A stretch of DNA of 64,000 nt from an uncultured Bifidobacterium sp. (GTDB lineage: Bacteria > Actinomycetota > Actinomycetes > Nanopelagicales > Nanopelagicaceae), in NCBI GenBank assembly GCA_964632545.1, contig CAZWBQ010000005.1, forward strand, positions 15,678-79,677, given 5' to 3'. Under the pieces are notes generated by a model. The model saw only the letters and a list, made by a program, of their open reading frames with translations, had not been told where the DNA came from and did not search any database. Of this stretch, positions 20,085 through 32,022 are shown piece by piece. The translations under genes were made by a program, and so were the position numbers. The number at the start of each line of letters is the position of its first letter. Positions within the stretch are counted from its first letter, which is position 1.

Positions 20085-20987
20085 ATGGCGACCGATAAAG
20101 CGGAGTACTACACGGTAGCCGCCGTGGCTCGTCAGATCGGGGTTGCGCCTGCAACTTTGCGGACTTGGGATCGTCGTTATGGGCTAGGCCCGAGTCGCCA
20201 CAGTAACGGTAGCCACCGCCGTTATGCCGAGTTAGATCTTGCTCGACTGATTTTGATGCGCAAACTAATTACTGCTGGGGTCGCGCCAGCTGAAGCTGCA
20301 GTAAAAGCGCTAGCGCTAAAAGTGAATCAGCACTCTGCGAAATTAGTTAAACGCAATTACGCAAAAGAGAACGCTAACCCTGTAGCGCTAATTGAAACCC
20401 TAGTCCGAGCTGCAACCGCGCTCGATTGTGCGCTGGTAAAAGAAATACTTTCTCAGCAAATTAAAAAACATGGCGTCACCACAACTTGGCGCGAATTGAT
20501 TACTCCGGTATTAGTTCAAATTGGAAAAAATTGGGAAAATGGCAAAGACGATATTGAAGTCGAGCATATGCTCAGCGAAGTCTTGCAAGATATCTTGCGC
20601 GATAGCAAGGTTAAAATTTCAAAGCCGGTAAATACCCGACCAGTACTTTTAGCTTGTGCTGGCGAGGAGTTACATACATTGCCATTACATGCGTTAGCTG
20701 CCGCGTTAGCCGAACGAAGTATTGAAGTTAATTTTCTTGGTGCACGAACTCCAATTTCGGCGTTATCTGCAGTAGTTAAACGTTCAGCTCCACCTGCTGT
20801 TTTCTTATGGGCAACAATGGCGAGCAATGGTGACCATGAGCTAATTTCTAAGTTACCTAAAATTCGCCCCACACCAAGGATTCTGCTAGGCGGCCCGGGA
20901 TGGAAAGTGGAAAATTGCAAAGCTGCCATATTTGTAACCGATTTAGATCAAGCTTGCACCGAAATCACGCGGGCAATCGGGGCTTAA
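20085..20987 (+). CDS. MerR-family regulator with CarH/LitR-like B12-binding module
   Basis: Start set at ATG 20085 (300 aa). N-terminal MerR HTH is YYTVAAVARQIGVAPATLRTWDRRYGL..HRRY. The C-terminal module has W150-x9-E160H161 (WENGKDDIEVEH) and GEELH197TLP aligned to the ExHxxG B12 loop, followed by ..FLGARTP... Confidence 0.75.
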   Translation: MATDKAEYYTVAAVARQIGVAPATLRTWDRRYGLGPSRHSNGSHRRYAELDLARLILMRKLITAGVAPAEAAVKALALKVNQHSAKLVKRNYAKENANPVALIETLVRAATALDCALVKEILSQQIKKHGVTTTWRELITPVLVQIGKNWENGKDDIEVEHMLSEVLQDILRDSKVKISKPVNTRPVLLACAGEELHTLPLHALAAALAERSIEVNFLGARTPISALSAVVKRSAPPAVFLWATMASNGDHELISKLPKIRPTPRILLGGPGWKVENCKAAIFVTDLDQACTEITRAIGA

Positions 20988-20999
20988 AACCACCGATAG

Positions 21000-22133
<1,134 letters not shown>

Positions 22134-22147
22134 CAGGGGAGTTAACT

Positions 22148-23260
22148 ATGGCCGACATTGAAATTGCCCCAGGAAAGCGCGCTAGGACTGCATATTCTTT
22201 TGATGACATCTCAATTGTGCCATCGCGTCGAACTCGCGAACCTGATGAGGTTTCAATTTCATGGCAAATTGATGCATATAAATTAGCGCTTCCGATGTTG
22301 GCAGCTCCCATGGATTCTGTAGTTTCACCAGAGACTGCAATTGCAATTGGAAAATTGGGCGGGGTTGGCGTTCTTAACTTAGAAGGACTTTGGACTCGTT
22401 ATGAAAATCCAATTATTCCGTTAGGTGAAATTTCTTCACTTCCAAACGATCAAGCAACTCGAAGAATGCAAGAAATTTACCAAGCGCCAATTCGGCCAGA
22501 GTTGATCAAAGCCCGGATTGCTGAAATTCGCGCAGCAGGTGTAACTGTGGCAGCTGCACTTTCACCAGCTCGAACTGCAGAATTTCATAAAGCAGTTGTG
22601 GATGCTGGGGTTGATATTTTCGTAATTCGCGGCACCACAGTTAGCGCAGAACATGTCTCTGAAAATACCGAACCGTTAAATTTAAAGAAATTTATTTACG
22701 AACTTGATGTTCCAGTAATTGTTGGTGGTTGCGCAACCGCATCCGGTGCCATGCATTTAATGCGCGCTGGTGCAGCTGGTGTATTAGTTGGTTTTGGTGG
22801 TGGCGCTGCGCACACTACGCGCCAAGTACTTGGAATTTCAGTACCAATGGCTTCTGCTGTTGCGGAAGTTGCTAGCGCTCGTCGCGAATATTTAGATGAA
22901 TCTGGCGGTCGATATGTACATGTTATTGCTGATGGATCGGTAGGAAAAAGCGGCGACATTGCAAAAGCAATTGCATGTGGTGCGGATGCGGTAATGATGG
23001 GATCACCTCTTGCAAAAGCGGAAGAAGCTCCAGGGCGTGGTTGGCATTGGGGATCTGAAGCAACGCATAATGAATTACCTAGAGGAACTCGAGTACATGT
23101 TGGTACTGAAGGAAAGCTTGCAGAAATTCTGCTTGGGCCATCGCATAGCGCAGACGGCTCTATGAATTTATTCGGAGCGCTCCGTCGCGGTATGGCCACA
23201 TGTGGCTACTCCGATATCAAGGAATTTCAGCGGGTAGAAGTCGTTTTAAATCGTGGCTGA
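22148..23260 (+). CDS. GuaB3-type IMP dehydrogenase-related protein
   Basis: IMPDH-fold protein without the catalytic Cys loop ([19 protein letters not shown]..). It follows guaB as in mycobacteria (guaB2-guaB3). Confidence 0.8.
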   Translation: MADIEIAPGKRARTAYSFDDISIVPSRRTREPDEVSISWQIDAYKLALPMLAAPMDSVVSPETAIAIGKLGGVGVLNLEGLWTRYENPIIPLGEISSLPNDQATRRMQEIYQAPIRPELIKARIAEIRAAGVTVAAALSPARTAEFHKAVVDAGVDIFVIRGTTVSAEHVSENTEPLNLKKFIYELDVPVIVGGCATASGAMHLMRAGAAGVLVGFGGGAAHTTRQVLGISVPMASAVAEVASARREYLDESGGRYVHVIADGSVGKSGDIAKAIACGADAVMMGSPLAKAEEAPGRGWHWGSEATHNELPRGTRVHVGTEGKLAEILLGPSHSADGSMNLFGALRRGMATCGYSDIKEFQRVEVVLNRG

Positions 23261-24803
23261 ACGCGAACTTGTTTTAGTTATTGATTTTGGTGCGCAATAT
23301 GCGCAGTTAATTGCGCGCAGAGTTCGACAAGCAAATGTTTATAGCGAAATTATTCCTTCCCATACTGCGGTTGCAGAAATAATTTCTCGAAAACCCAAAG
23401 CGATAATTCTCTCTGGTGGCCCTTCTTCTGTTTATGAAGTGGGTGCGCCAAAGTTAGATAAAACTTTATTCGAAAGCGGCATCCCGATTTTCGGAATCTG
23501 TTATGGATTTCAAGCAATGGCACAAGCGCTTGGTGGCGTTGTAGAAAAAACTGGTAATTCAGAATTTGGCCGTACCAATTTTAATGCAAAAAATAATTCT
23601 AAAATTCTCGCTGGCTTACCTGATTCATTTAGCGTTTGGATGAGTCACGGCGATAGCGTTGTGGCAGCTCCAAATGGATTTAGTGGAATCGGCGCAACTG
23701 CAAAAACTCCAATTGCAGCTTTTGAAAACTCAACTGGGTTGTTATCAGGCGTGCAATTCCATCCGGAAGTTCTTCATTCTGAAAATGGTCAAGCAATATT
23801 GCAAAACTGGTTGATTAATATTGTTGGTTGCAAACCAACTTGGACTTCAGAAAACATTGCTGAAGGTGAAGTTGCAAAAGTGAGAGCAATGGTTGGAGAT
23901 AAGCACGCAATTTGTGGTTTATCTGGCGGTGTAGATTCCGCCGTCGCGGCTGCGATAGTTCAAAAAGCAATCGGTTCACAATTAACTTGCGTATTTGTTG
24001 ATCACGGCCTTCTTCGTAAAGGTGAAGCAGAACAGGTTGAAAAAGATTTTGTTGCAGCAACCGGTGTAAAACTTAAAGTTGTAGATGCAAAAGCGCAATT
24101 TATGGCAGCGCTAAAAGGTGTAACAGACCCAGAAACTAAACGAAAAATTATTGGCCGGGAATTCATTAGAGTTTTTGAAGGTGCAGCTCGCGAAATATCG
24201 GTATCAGAAAGCGTGGATTTCTTAGTGCAAGGTACGTTATATCCAGATGTTGTGGAATCAGGTGGCGGAACTGGAACTGCGAATATCAAATCGCATCACA
24301 ATGTTGGTGGTCTCCCCGATGATTTGGAGTTCACGCTAATCGAGCCACTTCGAGCCTTATTTAAAGATGAAGTTCGCGAAGTTGGCGCAGAGTTAGGTGT
24401 GCCAGAAGCGATTGTTTGGCGCCAACCTTTTCCTGGTCCTGGTTTAGGAATTCGTATCATCGGTGAAGTTACTGAGAATTCACTAGGAATATTGCGCGAC
24501 GCGGATTTCATTGCGCGAGAGGAATTACACTTGGCCGGTCTAGATCGAGAGATTTGGCAATGTCCAGTTGTATTACTTGCAGATGTAAGAAGTGTAGGAG
24601 TGGCCGGAGATGGCAGAACTTATGGTCATCCAATTGTACTTCGACCAGTTTCAAGTGAAGATGCAATGACAGCAGATTGGTCAAGACTTCCTTACGAAGT
24701 TTTAGCCAAGATTTCAAACAGAATTACAAATGAAGTTAAAGAAGTAAACCGAGTGGTGCTAGATATAACTAGCAAACCGCCAGGAACGATTGAGTGGGAG
24801 TGA
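23253..24803 (+). CDS. guaA: GMP synthase (glutamine-hydrolyzing)
   Basis: GTG start; GATase motif GICYGFQ, PP-loop SGGVDS, and C-terminal ..KPPGTIEWE. Confidence 0.97.
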   Translation: MAERELVLVIDFGAQYAQLIARRVRQANVYSEIIPSHTAVAEIISRKPKAIILSGGPSSVYEVGAPKLDKTLFESGIPIFGICYGFQAMAQALGGVVEKTGNSEFGRTNFNAKNNSKILAGLPDSFSVWMSHGDSVVAAPNGFSGIGATAKTPIAAFENSTGLLSGVQFHPEVLHSENGQAILQNWLINIVGCKPTWTSENIAEGEVAKVRAMVGDKHAICGLSGGVDSAVAAAIVQKAIGSQLTCVFVDHGLLRKGEAEQVEKDFVAATGVKLKVVDAKAQFMAALKGVTDPETKRKIIGREFIRVFEGAAREISVSESVDFLVQGTLYPDVVESGGGTGTANIKSHHNVGGLPDDLEFTLIEPLRALFKDEVREVGAELGVPEAIVWRQPFPGPGLGIRIIGEVTENSLGILRDADFIAREELHLAGLDREIWQCPVVLLADVRSVGVAGDGRTYGHPIVLRPVSSEDAMTADWSRLPYEVLAKISNRITNEVKEVNRVVLDITSKPPGTIEWE

Positions 24804-24805
24804 AG

Positions 24806-25462
24806 ATGAAACGAGTAGTTACAGCAACTGTGATTACTGCATTTCTTTTAGCACCGCTGCCAGCTTTGGCTGGTTCTAAAACTGAAAAAGTTTCTGATAG
24901 TCAGATTAAATGTGCCAACACGCGCGCAGTTGCGCACGCCGCTCCTAAGGTGGTGCCGCCGAAATCGCTATTAAAGAAAACCATAAAGACCATAACATTC
25001 GTAACTAATTGCGGAAATATTGTGGTGGAGCCGCTAAATAATTTAGCGCCATTAACAGTAACTGCAATAACTGCCTTAGCTAAGGGTGGTTTTTATAATC
25101 GCACGCTCTGCCATCGCATGATGAATGACGGTGCATACTTTTTACAATGCGGCGACCCAACGGCTTCAGGTTTTGGTGGGCCAGCTTGGCAACCCTACGC
25201 AGATGAAAACTTGCCAGTTGATGGCCCAGCAAATTACCCAGCCGGAACCGTTGCGATGGCTAATTCCGGACCAAATACAAATGGCAGCCAATTCTTTCTG
25301 GTGTACCAAGATACCCAATTTGATCCTAATTACACGATCTGGGGAAAAATTACTTCTGGATTAAATATTGTTAAAGCTATTGGAATGGGCGGTGTTAAAG
25401 GCGGCGGTTCCGTTGGAACTCCCGCAATTAAGATTGCAATTGAAAGCGTAATTATTAATTAA
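24806..25462 (+). CDS. secreted cyclophilin-type peptidyl-prolyl cis-trans isomerase
   Basis: Start set at ATG 24806, just after the guaA stop. Signal peptide is ..LAPLPALA/GS. Cyclophilin motifs present: F.R......F..QCGDP, MAN.GPNTNGSQFF. Confidence 0.85.
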   Translation: MKRVVTATVITAFLLAPLPALAGSKTEKVSDSQIKCANTRAVAHAAPKVVPPKSLLKKTIKTITFVTNCGNIVVEPLNNLAPLTVTAITALAKGGFYNRTLCHRMMNDGAYFLQCGDPTASGFGGPAWQPYADENLPVDGPANYPAGTVAMANSGPNTNGSQFFLVYQDTQFDPNYTIWGKITSGLNIVKAIGMGGVKGGGSVGTPAIKIAIESVIIN

Positions 25463-26190
25463 TTAGTATTAACAATCTTAAATACTTCAGCTATTCGTCC
25501 TTCAGGTAAACCATTTGCCTGGGCATTCCGCTCGCCCCAAGAACGAACCATTGTTTCTAACTCGGCATTATGTGCAGTTTGGCTAACATGCGCTTTTAAA
25601 GCTGCAATCTTCTTTGGGAATGATTCAGTAACATCAATAAAGTAATCGGGATTTGGTGAAGCCATCACCCAAACTTCTTTTACGCGCCAAGGTTCAAAAC
25701 CTTCGGCTTTTAACTCTGGAAATGCAAATGGGTTGCGGGCATCGGGATAGACCGCTTGGATGGCAGCTTCTCCTGCAGCTAAATGATCAGGGTGTGATGC
25801 GCCAATTCTTTCCCAATTTCGTTCTGGCGATTGAATAACCATGCGGTCTGGCTTTGCAATTCGAATTGCTTTCACAATGTCGCGCCGTAATTGAATTGTT
25901 GGCTCCAACCAACCATCTCGGTAATTCAAAAAAGTTATATCGGTAACGCCTAAAGCTGCACCAGCATTTCGTTGCTCTTGTTGTCTAACGCGCGGCATCT
26001 CTTCTAACGGAACATCAGATTCTTCGCCACCTTGATCGCCATTAGTGCAGATGCAATATGAAACTTCTATGCCAGCTTCGACCCATTTTGCAATGGTGCC
26101 ACCAGCACCAAAATCACAATCGTCCGGATGAGCAGTGACTACCAGGATTTTCTTGATTTCATTATCTGGCAGCGGAGTTGCAATAGTCAT
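25459..26190 (-). CDS. PIG-L/LmbE-family N-acetylglucosaminyl deacetylase (MshB/Mca-like)
   Basis: VVTAHPDDCDFGAGGTIAKW and HPDH motifs. Confidence 0.8.
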   Translation of the reverse strand: MTIATPLPDNEIKKILVVTAHPDDCDFGAGGTIAKWVEAGIEVSYCICTNGDQGGEESDVPLEEMPRVRQQEQRNAGAALGVTDITFLNYRDGWLEPTIQLRRDIVKAIRIAKPDRMVIQSPERNWERIGASHPDHLAAGEAAIQAVYPDARNPFAFPELKAEGFEPWRVKEVWVMASPNPDYFIDVTESFPKKIAALKAHVSQTAHNAELETMVRSWGERNAQANGLPEGRIAEVFKIVNTN

Positions 26191-26253
26191 TTGCGAATCC
26201 TCTCAGAGGAATGGAGCAGAGTCATATCAGCGCTCGCCGCTAGACTCCCGTTC

Positions 26254-28476
26254 GTGCCAAGTTCTGAGCAATTACTTGAAGGGCTAAATCCGCCGCAGCA
26301 AGCAGCTGTGAAACATCAAGGTGGCCCGCTCTTGGTAATTGCTGGTGCCGGATCAGGCAAAACTCGGGTTTTAACTAGACGGATTGCTTATTTGATGGCA
26401 GCTCGCGGCGTAGCACCTTTTGAAATTCTCGCCATTACTTTTACAAATAAAGCAGCCGGCGAAATGAAAGAACGAGTCGCAGAGCTAATTGGAGATCGCG
26501 CTCGCGCAATGTGGGTCTCCACCTTTCACTCAGCGTGCGTGCGAATTCTGCGCCAAGAAGCAACACGAATTGGATTTGCCAACTCATTTACCATTTATGA
26601 CCAGTCCGATAGTTTGCGGTTAATTACATTAGTTTTGCGCGATATGAATTTGGACCCAAAGCGATATGCGCCACGCGCCGTCCAAGCAGTTATTTCTAAC
26701 GCAAAAAATGAATTGATGGGACCAACGGATTTTGCAAGCGGCAGTAACAATGCATTTGAACAAGTTGTCGCTGAAGTTTATGCGGTTTACCAAAGACGTC
26801 TTGTAGATGCTAACTCTATGGATTTCGATGATCTAATTGCACGCACCGTTGATGTACTCCGCAGATTCCCAGATGCCAAGCTGCGTTACCGCAATCGGTT
26901 TAAGCATGTTCTAATTGATGAATATCAAGATACCAACCATGCCCAATATGCGCTTATCCGTGAATTGGTAGGTAATGAATTAGAAGGAATGCCACCTGCA
27001 GAACTCTGCGTTGTCGGCGATGCTGATCAATCTATCTACGGTTTTCGCGGTGCGACCATCCGAAATATTCTGCAATTTGAAGCGGACTACCCAAACGCTT
27101 CTACTATTTTGCTGGAACAGAATTATCGGTCAACCCAGAACATTCTCTCTGCGGCAAATGCGGTTATCGCAAAGAACGAAGCTAGAAAAGAAAAGAACCT
27201 CTGGTCTGAAGGCGGAACTGGCGCGTACTTGACTGGTTACATTGCAGAAGATGAACATGATGAAGCTGGTTTTGTTAGGGATGAAATATTCCGATTGCAA
27301 CGTGAAGGAATTTCAAATCCTGGTGATACTGCAATTTTTTACCGAACTAACGCACAATCTCGAGTATTTGAAGAGGTCTTTATGCGGGCCACGATTCCAT
27401 ACAAAGTTGTTGGCGGAGTTCGATTCTACGAACGCAAAGAGGTAAAGGATTTACTCGGTTATTTGAAAGTTTTACAAAATCCAAGTGACGAAGTCTCACT
27501 TCGAAGGATCATTAATACCCCAAAACGTGGCATCGGTGATCGGGCACTTGATGGCGCTGATGAAATCATGAAGCGCGAAAGTATTTCGTTTTGGAGCGCC
27601 TTAATCCGTATAGAAGAAGCAGATTTGCCAGCACGCGCAGCTGCCGCAATTAAATCATTTGTTTCACTTATTACCGCACTCCAAGTATTAGTAGAAGTAA
27701 ATACCAAGCCATCAGTTATAGCCGCTGCGGTATTGGAACAATCTGGAATGTTAGATGAACTAAAAAATAGTGGTGATCCACAAGATGAAGTAAGAGTTGA
27801 AAACTTAGAAGAACTGGTTGCAGTAGCAGAAGAATATGAAGAGAGCGAAGTTGAAGATGGTGAGATAATTTCACTTGCTGGATTCTTAGAAGATGTTGCA
27901 TTAGTTGCGGATTCGGATCAAATTCCTGATGGCGCAGAGCACGGCGGAGTAGTGACTTTGATGACTCTTCATACTGCAAAAGGCTTAGAGTTCCCAACCG
28001 TATTTCTTACGGGAATGGAAGAAGGAATTTTTCCGCACTCTCGATCCTTGGGAGATAAGAAAGAATTGGAAGAAGAGCGACGGCTTGCTTATGTTGGTTT
28101 AACTAGAGCACGTAAACATTTATATTTATCACGAGCTGAATATCGATCAGCTTGGGGCGCTCCAAATTTCAATCCCGCTTCCCGCTTTCTTGATGAAATC
28201 CCAGAAGCAATAATTAAATGGAATCAAACTCCAGAAAAAACTTTTACATCTTCTCGAACAAAGAAGTTTTTATCTGCACCACCACCAAGGCCAACCGGTA
28301 AGAAGTCGGTAGTGATGGATTTAAATCCAGGCGATCGAGTAACTCATGACACTTTTGGTTTAGGGACTGTGATAACCATCTCAGGCGAGGGCGATAAAGC
28401 CGAAGCCACGATTGATTTTGGTGGCTATGGTGAGAAACGGTTATTGCTCCGATATGCGCCAGTAGGTAAGTTATGA
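26254..28476 (+). CDS. pcrA: ATP-dependent DNA helicase PcrA/UvrD1
   Basis: [28 protein letters not shown], and a C-terminal Tudor-like GDRV.H..FG.G.V. The start is uncertain. GTG 26254 was chosen because the track start (26128) overlaps the divergent gene; TTG 26191 is an alternative. Confidence 0.9.
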   Translation: MPSSEQLLEGLNPPQQAAVKHQGGPLLVIAGAGSGKTRVLTRRIAYLMAARGVAPFEILAITFTNKAAGEMKERVAELIGDRARAMWVSTFHSACVRILRQEATRIGFANSFTIYDQSDSLRLITLVLRDMNLDPKRYAPRAVQAVISNAKNELMGPTDFASGSNNAFEQVVAEVYAVYQRRLVDANSMDFDDLIARTVDVLRRFPDAKLRYRNRFKHVLIDEYQDTNHAQYALIRELVGNELEGMPPAELCVVGDADQSIYGFRGATIRNILQFEADYPNASTILLEQNYRSTQNILSAANAVIAKNEARKEKNLWSEGGTGAYLTGYIAEDEHDEAGFVRDEIFRLQREGISNPGDTAIFYRTNAQSRVFEEVFMRATIPYKVVGGVRFYERKEVKDLLGYLKVLQNPSDEVSLRRIINTPKRGIGDRALDGADEIMKRESISFWSALIRIEEADLPARAAAAIKSFVSLITALQVLVEVNTKPSVIAAAVLEQSGMLDELKNSGDPQDEVRVENLEELVAVAEEYEESEVEDGEIISLAGFLEDVALVADSDQIPDGAEHGGVVTLMTLHTAKGLEFPTVFLTGMEEGIFPHSRSLGDKKELEEERRLAYVGLTRARKHLYLSRAEYRSAWGAPNFNPASRFLDEIPEAIIKWNQTPEKTFTSSRTKKFLSAPPPRPTGKKSVVMDLNPGDRVTHDTFGLGTVITISGEGDKAEATIDFGGYGEKRLLLRYAPVGKL

Positions 28477-28895
28477 GCGTGTCAGATGCCGCAAAGAATT
28501 CGCCAATCAGAGTTGTGGTCGCAAAACCAGGATTAGATGGTCATGATCGCGGCGCGAAAGTAGTGGCAAGAGCGTTACGTGATGCTGGCTGCGAAGTAAT
28601 TTATACCGGATTACATCAAACACCTGAGCAAATTGTTAGCACTGCAGTTCAAGAAGATGCAGATGCAATCGGACTTTCAATTCTCTCTGGCGCACATATG
28701 TCACTATTTGCCAGAATAATTGATTTATTAAAGAGTGAAAAAGCTGATGACATAGTTTTATTCGGTGGCGGAATTATTCCGGATGCCGATATAAAATCTT
28801 TAAAAGAGATGGGCGTTTCAGAAATATTTACACCTGGTGCACCAACTGAAGAGATAGTTAAGTGGTTAAAAGGAGCAGTGCGTGGATCTATTTGA
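28473..28895 (+). CDS. stand-alone cobalamin-binding subunit of an acyl-CoA (methylmalonyl-CoA-type) mutase
   Basis: Canonical B12 loop DGHDRG (DxHxxG), GLSILSGAH and FGGGIIP; 140 aa. ATGA overlap with pcrA and a 14-nt overlap with sucC. Confidence 0.85.
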   Translation: MSVSDAAKNSPIRVVVAKPGLDGHDRGAKVVARALRDAGCEVIYTGLHQTPEQIVSTAVQEDADAIGLSILSGAHMSLFARIIDLLKSEKADDIVLFGGGIIPDADIKSLKEMGVSEIFTPGAPTEEIVKWLKGAVRGSI

Positions 28896-30045
28896 GTATC
28901 AGGCACGAGATTTATTTGAAGCGCACGGTGTGCCAGTCCTCAAAGGAGCAGTAGCCACAACACCCGAAGCTGCTTTCGAAGCTGCTTCATCTATGGGTGG
29001 CCGGGTAGTTGTAAAGGCTCAAGTTAAAGTCGGCGGTCGCGGTAAAGCTGGCGGCGTAAAACTAGCCGAGAGCGCTGAAGCTGCGCGCGAAATAGCAAAA
29101 GCAATTTTAGGAATGGATATTAAAGGCCACGTCGTTCATAAAGTCATGATTGCGCAAGCTGCTCCTATTGAAAGTGAATATTATTTAGCGATTTTATTGG
29201 ATCGAACCAACCGTTCATTTCTAGTAATGGCTTCAGTATCTGGCGGAATGGAAATCGAAGAAGTTGCGCATAAGACGCCGGAGAAATTAGCCAAAGTAAA
29301 TATTGATCCAAACGTTGGAATATCAACCGAACTTGCACTGGAGATCGTGCGCAAAGGTGGGTTTGGCCCCGATGTTGATAAGGCAGTGGCCGAGGTATTA
29401 GTAACGCTTTGGAAGACTTTTGTAGCTGAAGATGCAACTCTGGTTGAGGTAAATCCATTAGTTAAAACCTCAGATGGAAAAATAATTGCGCTAGATGGAA
29501 AAGTTACTTTAGATGATAATGCGATTTTCCGTCATGCCGACCATGAAGCGTTAGTAGATCACGATGCTGCAGATCCATTGGAAGCGCTCGCCAAAGCTAA
29601 AGATTTAAACTATGTGAAACTTGATGGCGAAGTAGGCATCATCGGAAATGGTGCTGGGTTAGTTATGAGCACACTCGATGTTGTTGCTTATGCAGGTGAA
29701 AAATTTGGTGGTGTTAAACCAGCTAACTTCTTAGATATTGGTGGCGGTGCTTCTGCTCAAGTTATGGCAGATGGCCTTTCGATAATTCTTGGTGATCCGG
29801 CTGTTAAAAGCGTATTTGTAAATGTATTTGGTGGCATCACTGCTTGCGATGCGGTAGCGAATGGAATTGTGCAGGCCCTAGAAATGTTAGGTGCAAAAGC
29901 AACAAAACCAATTGTGGTTCGCTTAGATGGCAACAATGTTATTGAAGGCCGCAGAATTTTGAGCGCAGCAGCTCACCCGTTGGTACAACAGCTAGATACT
30001 ATGGATGGCGCTGCAAGTCGCGCTGCAGAATTGGCGGCTAAGTAA
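28882..30045 (+). CDS. sucC: succinate--CoA ligase (ADP-forming) subunit beta
   Basis: GTG start; [12 protein letters not shown].., ATP-grasp domain, [12 protein letters not shown]. Confidence 0.97.
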   Translation: MDLFEYQARDLFEAHGVPVLKGAVATTPEAAFEAASSMGGRVVVKAQVKVGGRGKAGGVKLAESAEAAREIAKAILGMDIKGHVVHKVMIAQAAPIESEYYLAILLDRTNRSFLVMASVSGGMEIEEVAHKTPEKLAKVNIDPNVGISTELALEIVRKGGFGPDVDKAVAEVLVTLWKTFVAEDATLVEVNPLVKTSDGKIIALDGKVTLDDNAIFRHADHEALVDHDAADPLEALAKAKDLNYVKLDGEVGIIGNGAGLVMSTLDVVAYAGEKFGGVKPANFLDIGGGASAQVMADGLSIILGDPAVKSVFVNVFGGITACDAVANGIVQALEMLGAKATKPIVVRLDGNNVIEGRRILSAAAHPLVQQLDTMDGAASRAAELAAK

Positions 30046-30926
30046 TGGCAATTTTTTTAAATAGCGAGAGCAAAGTTATTGTGCAAGGAATGACTGGCTC
30101 CGAAGGTACTAAGCACACTAAACGCATGTTGGCTTCTGGTACAAAAATTGTTGGCGGCGTAACTCCAGGCAAAGGTGGCCAAAGCGTTGATATCGATGGC
30201 ACAGTACTTCCAGTTTTTAATTCAGTTTCAGAAGCTGTAGCAGCAACTGGGGCAAATGCTTCCGTGGTTTTCGTGCCACCAAAGTTTGCTAAAGCCGCGG
30301 TAATTGATGCAGTCGATGCAAAACTTCCGCTAGTCGTTGTAATAACTGAAGGAATTCCAGTTCACGATACCGCAGCATTTTTCGCCTATGCGCAAAACAA
30401 AGGTACAACTAGGTTAATTGGGCCAAATTGCCCAGGTTTAATTAGCCCAGGAATGTCGAATGTTGGAATCATTCCATCGGATATAACTGGCCCGGGCAAA
30501 ATTGGTTTAGTTTCTAAATCTGGAACGCTTACATATCAAATGATGTATGAACTTCGAGATTTTGGATTCACTACTGCAGTAGGTATCGGTGGCGACCCAA
30601 TTATTGGAACCACTCATATTGATTGTTTAAGAGCATTTCAAGATGACCCCGAAACTGAAGCTATTGTGATGATTGGTGAAATTGGTGGCGATGCTGAAGA
30701 ACGTGCTGCCGCATTCATTAAAGAATATGTAACTAAGCCAGTTGTTGGGTATGTCGCTGGATTTACCGCCCCAGAAGGAAAGACAATGGGACATGCTGGC
30801 GCAATTGTCTCTGGATCTTCCGGCACGGCAGCCGGCAAGAAAGATGCGTTGGAAGCCGCTGGTGTAAAAGTTGGAAAGACACCAAGTGAAACTGCAGCGA
30901 TTATGCGCACTATTTTGAAGGGCTAA
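30045..30926 (+). CDS. sucD: succinate--CoA ligase subunit alpha
   Basis: [14 protein letters not shown], and the phosphohistidine loop GHAGAI. Confidence 0.97.
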   Translation: MAIFLNSESKVIVQGMTGSEGTKHTKRMLASGTKIVGGVTPGKGGQSVDIDGTVLPVFNSVSEAVAATGANASVVFVPPKFAKAAVIDAVDAKLPLVVVITEGIPVHDTAAFFAYAQNKGTTRLIGPNCPGLISPGMSNVGIIPSDITGPGKIGLVSKSGTLTYQMMYELRDFGFTTAVGIGGDPIIGTTHIDCLRAFQDDPETEAIVMIGEIGGDAEERAAAFIKEYVTKPVVGYVAGFTAPEGKTMGHAGAIVSGSSGTAAGKKDALEAAGVKVGKTPSETAAIMRTILKG

Positions 30927-30927
30927 T

Positions 30928-32022
30928 GTGAAACGAGTTCTGCAGGTTTGCTTTCAGCAATCTCTGCGGAGCGCAACACTTTTTGGACTTCCGTTAGCGT
31001 TTTTATCTTTGATTGGTTGGGCAACTGCCGGGAGTGCAACCGGACAAACTAGCGATCCAATTAAAGCGGCAGTCTGGCTTTGGCTAGGTGCACATCACAT
31101 TCCATTCAATATCAATTTTCAAAGTAGCGCCACAAATGGTTTATTAACTTATCTTCCGATTGGGGCAATGCTATTTCCATACTTTGCTATTCGAGTTGGA
31201 TTCCGTCGAAGTATTGAAAAAATACAACCAACCCAAAACCATGTAATTCGCCAAGTAATTTTTAGTTTTGCACTCTGCTACTCATTAATCGCAGCAATTG
31301 CAGCTGCAATTACAAGCAGTAGCTCCATCAGAATTCATTGGTATTTAGCTTTTCCAATAGTTTTTGCGTTTGCCTGGATAATTTCTTTTATTACTACGGC
31401 CCTCGAACCAGGTAAAATCACAAATTTCTTCTGGAAAAAGACAATTAGAACAGCCGCAGTTGGTTTATTAATTATCTGGGGAGTTGGCGCAATTGTGCTA
31501 AGTGCTTCAATAATGCTCCATTTTTCAGTAGTAAATAAATTAACAACAGTCATCCAACCTGGAATTTTTGGTGGTTTAGCTTTTTTACTTATTCAAGTTT
31601 TATATATTCCTAACGTTGCCTTCGCAGTCGTTGGCTATTTTACTGGCGCGGGATTACATATTGGAAACGGCTCACTAGTTCATCCGCTGATTCATCGACT
31701 TTCAGAAATTCCAGCAATTCCGATACTTGGTGCACTTCCAGTAAATGTATTTCCAATTGCTATGGTCGGCGTACTTCTACCAATTATTTTTGGAAGTTGG
31801 GCAAGTAAATCTGGTAATAGAACCTACAAACTCTCATTAATTGGCTCCGTAGCATTTCTCACAATCTTAATTTCATCACTATCAAGCGGAGCTTTGCTAA
31901 ATGAGAATCTCACTTTTGTAGGGGTTTCATGGTGGCAGTTCCCGATTATATTTACTGGCGAATTTGCAATTGGAGTTGGGATATCTACTCTGATCGGAAA
32001 ACGAAAGAAAATAAATGGGTGA
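30928..32022 (+). CDS. polytopic membrane protein conserved between sucD and purN (DUF6350/PerM-region-like)
   Basis: About 10 predicted TM segments and no enzyme motifs. In M. tuberculosis, membrane proteins including PerM occupy the sucD-purN interval. The family assignment rests on position only. Confidence 0.45.
   Translation: MKRVLQVCFQQSLRSATLFGLPLAFLSLIGWATAGSATGQTSDPIKAAVWLWLGAHHIPFNINFQSSATNGLLTYLPIGAMLFPYFAIRVGFRRSIEKIQPTQNHVIRQVIFSFALCYSLIAAIAAAITSSSSIRIHWYLAFPIVFAFAWIISFITTALEPGKITNFFWKKTIRTAAVGLLIIWGVGAIVLSASIMLHFSVVNKLTTVIQPGIFGGLAFLLIQVLYIPNVAFAVVGYFTGAGLHIGNGSLVHPLIHRLSEIPAIPILGALPVNVFPIAMVGVLLPIIFGSWASKSGNRTYKLSLIGSVAFLTILISSLSSGALLNENLTFVGVSWWQFPIIFTGEFAIGVGISTLIGKRKKING

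Noticed and set aside
19984-20154. 57-codon N-terminal extension of whiB in the ORF track (157 aa)
   Set aside because: The extension has no WhiB similarity and would run through the divergent regulator's start. The internal ATG gives a typical 100-aa WhiB with a good promoter immediately upstream.
26128-26253. N-terminal extension of pcrA in the ORF track (start 26128)
   Set aside because: It would overlap the divergent PIG-L gene by 63 nt. The conserved helicase N-terminus (LLEGLNPPQ) begins just after GTG 26254. TTG 26191 remains a possible alternative.
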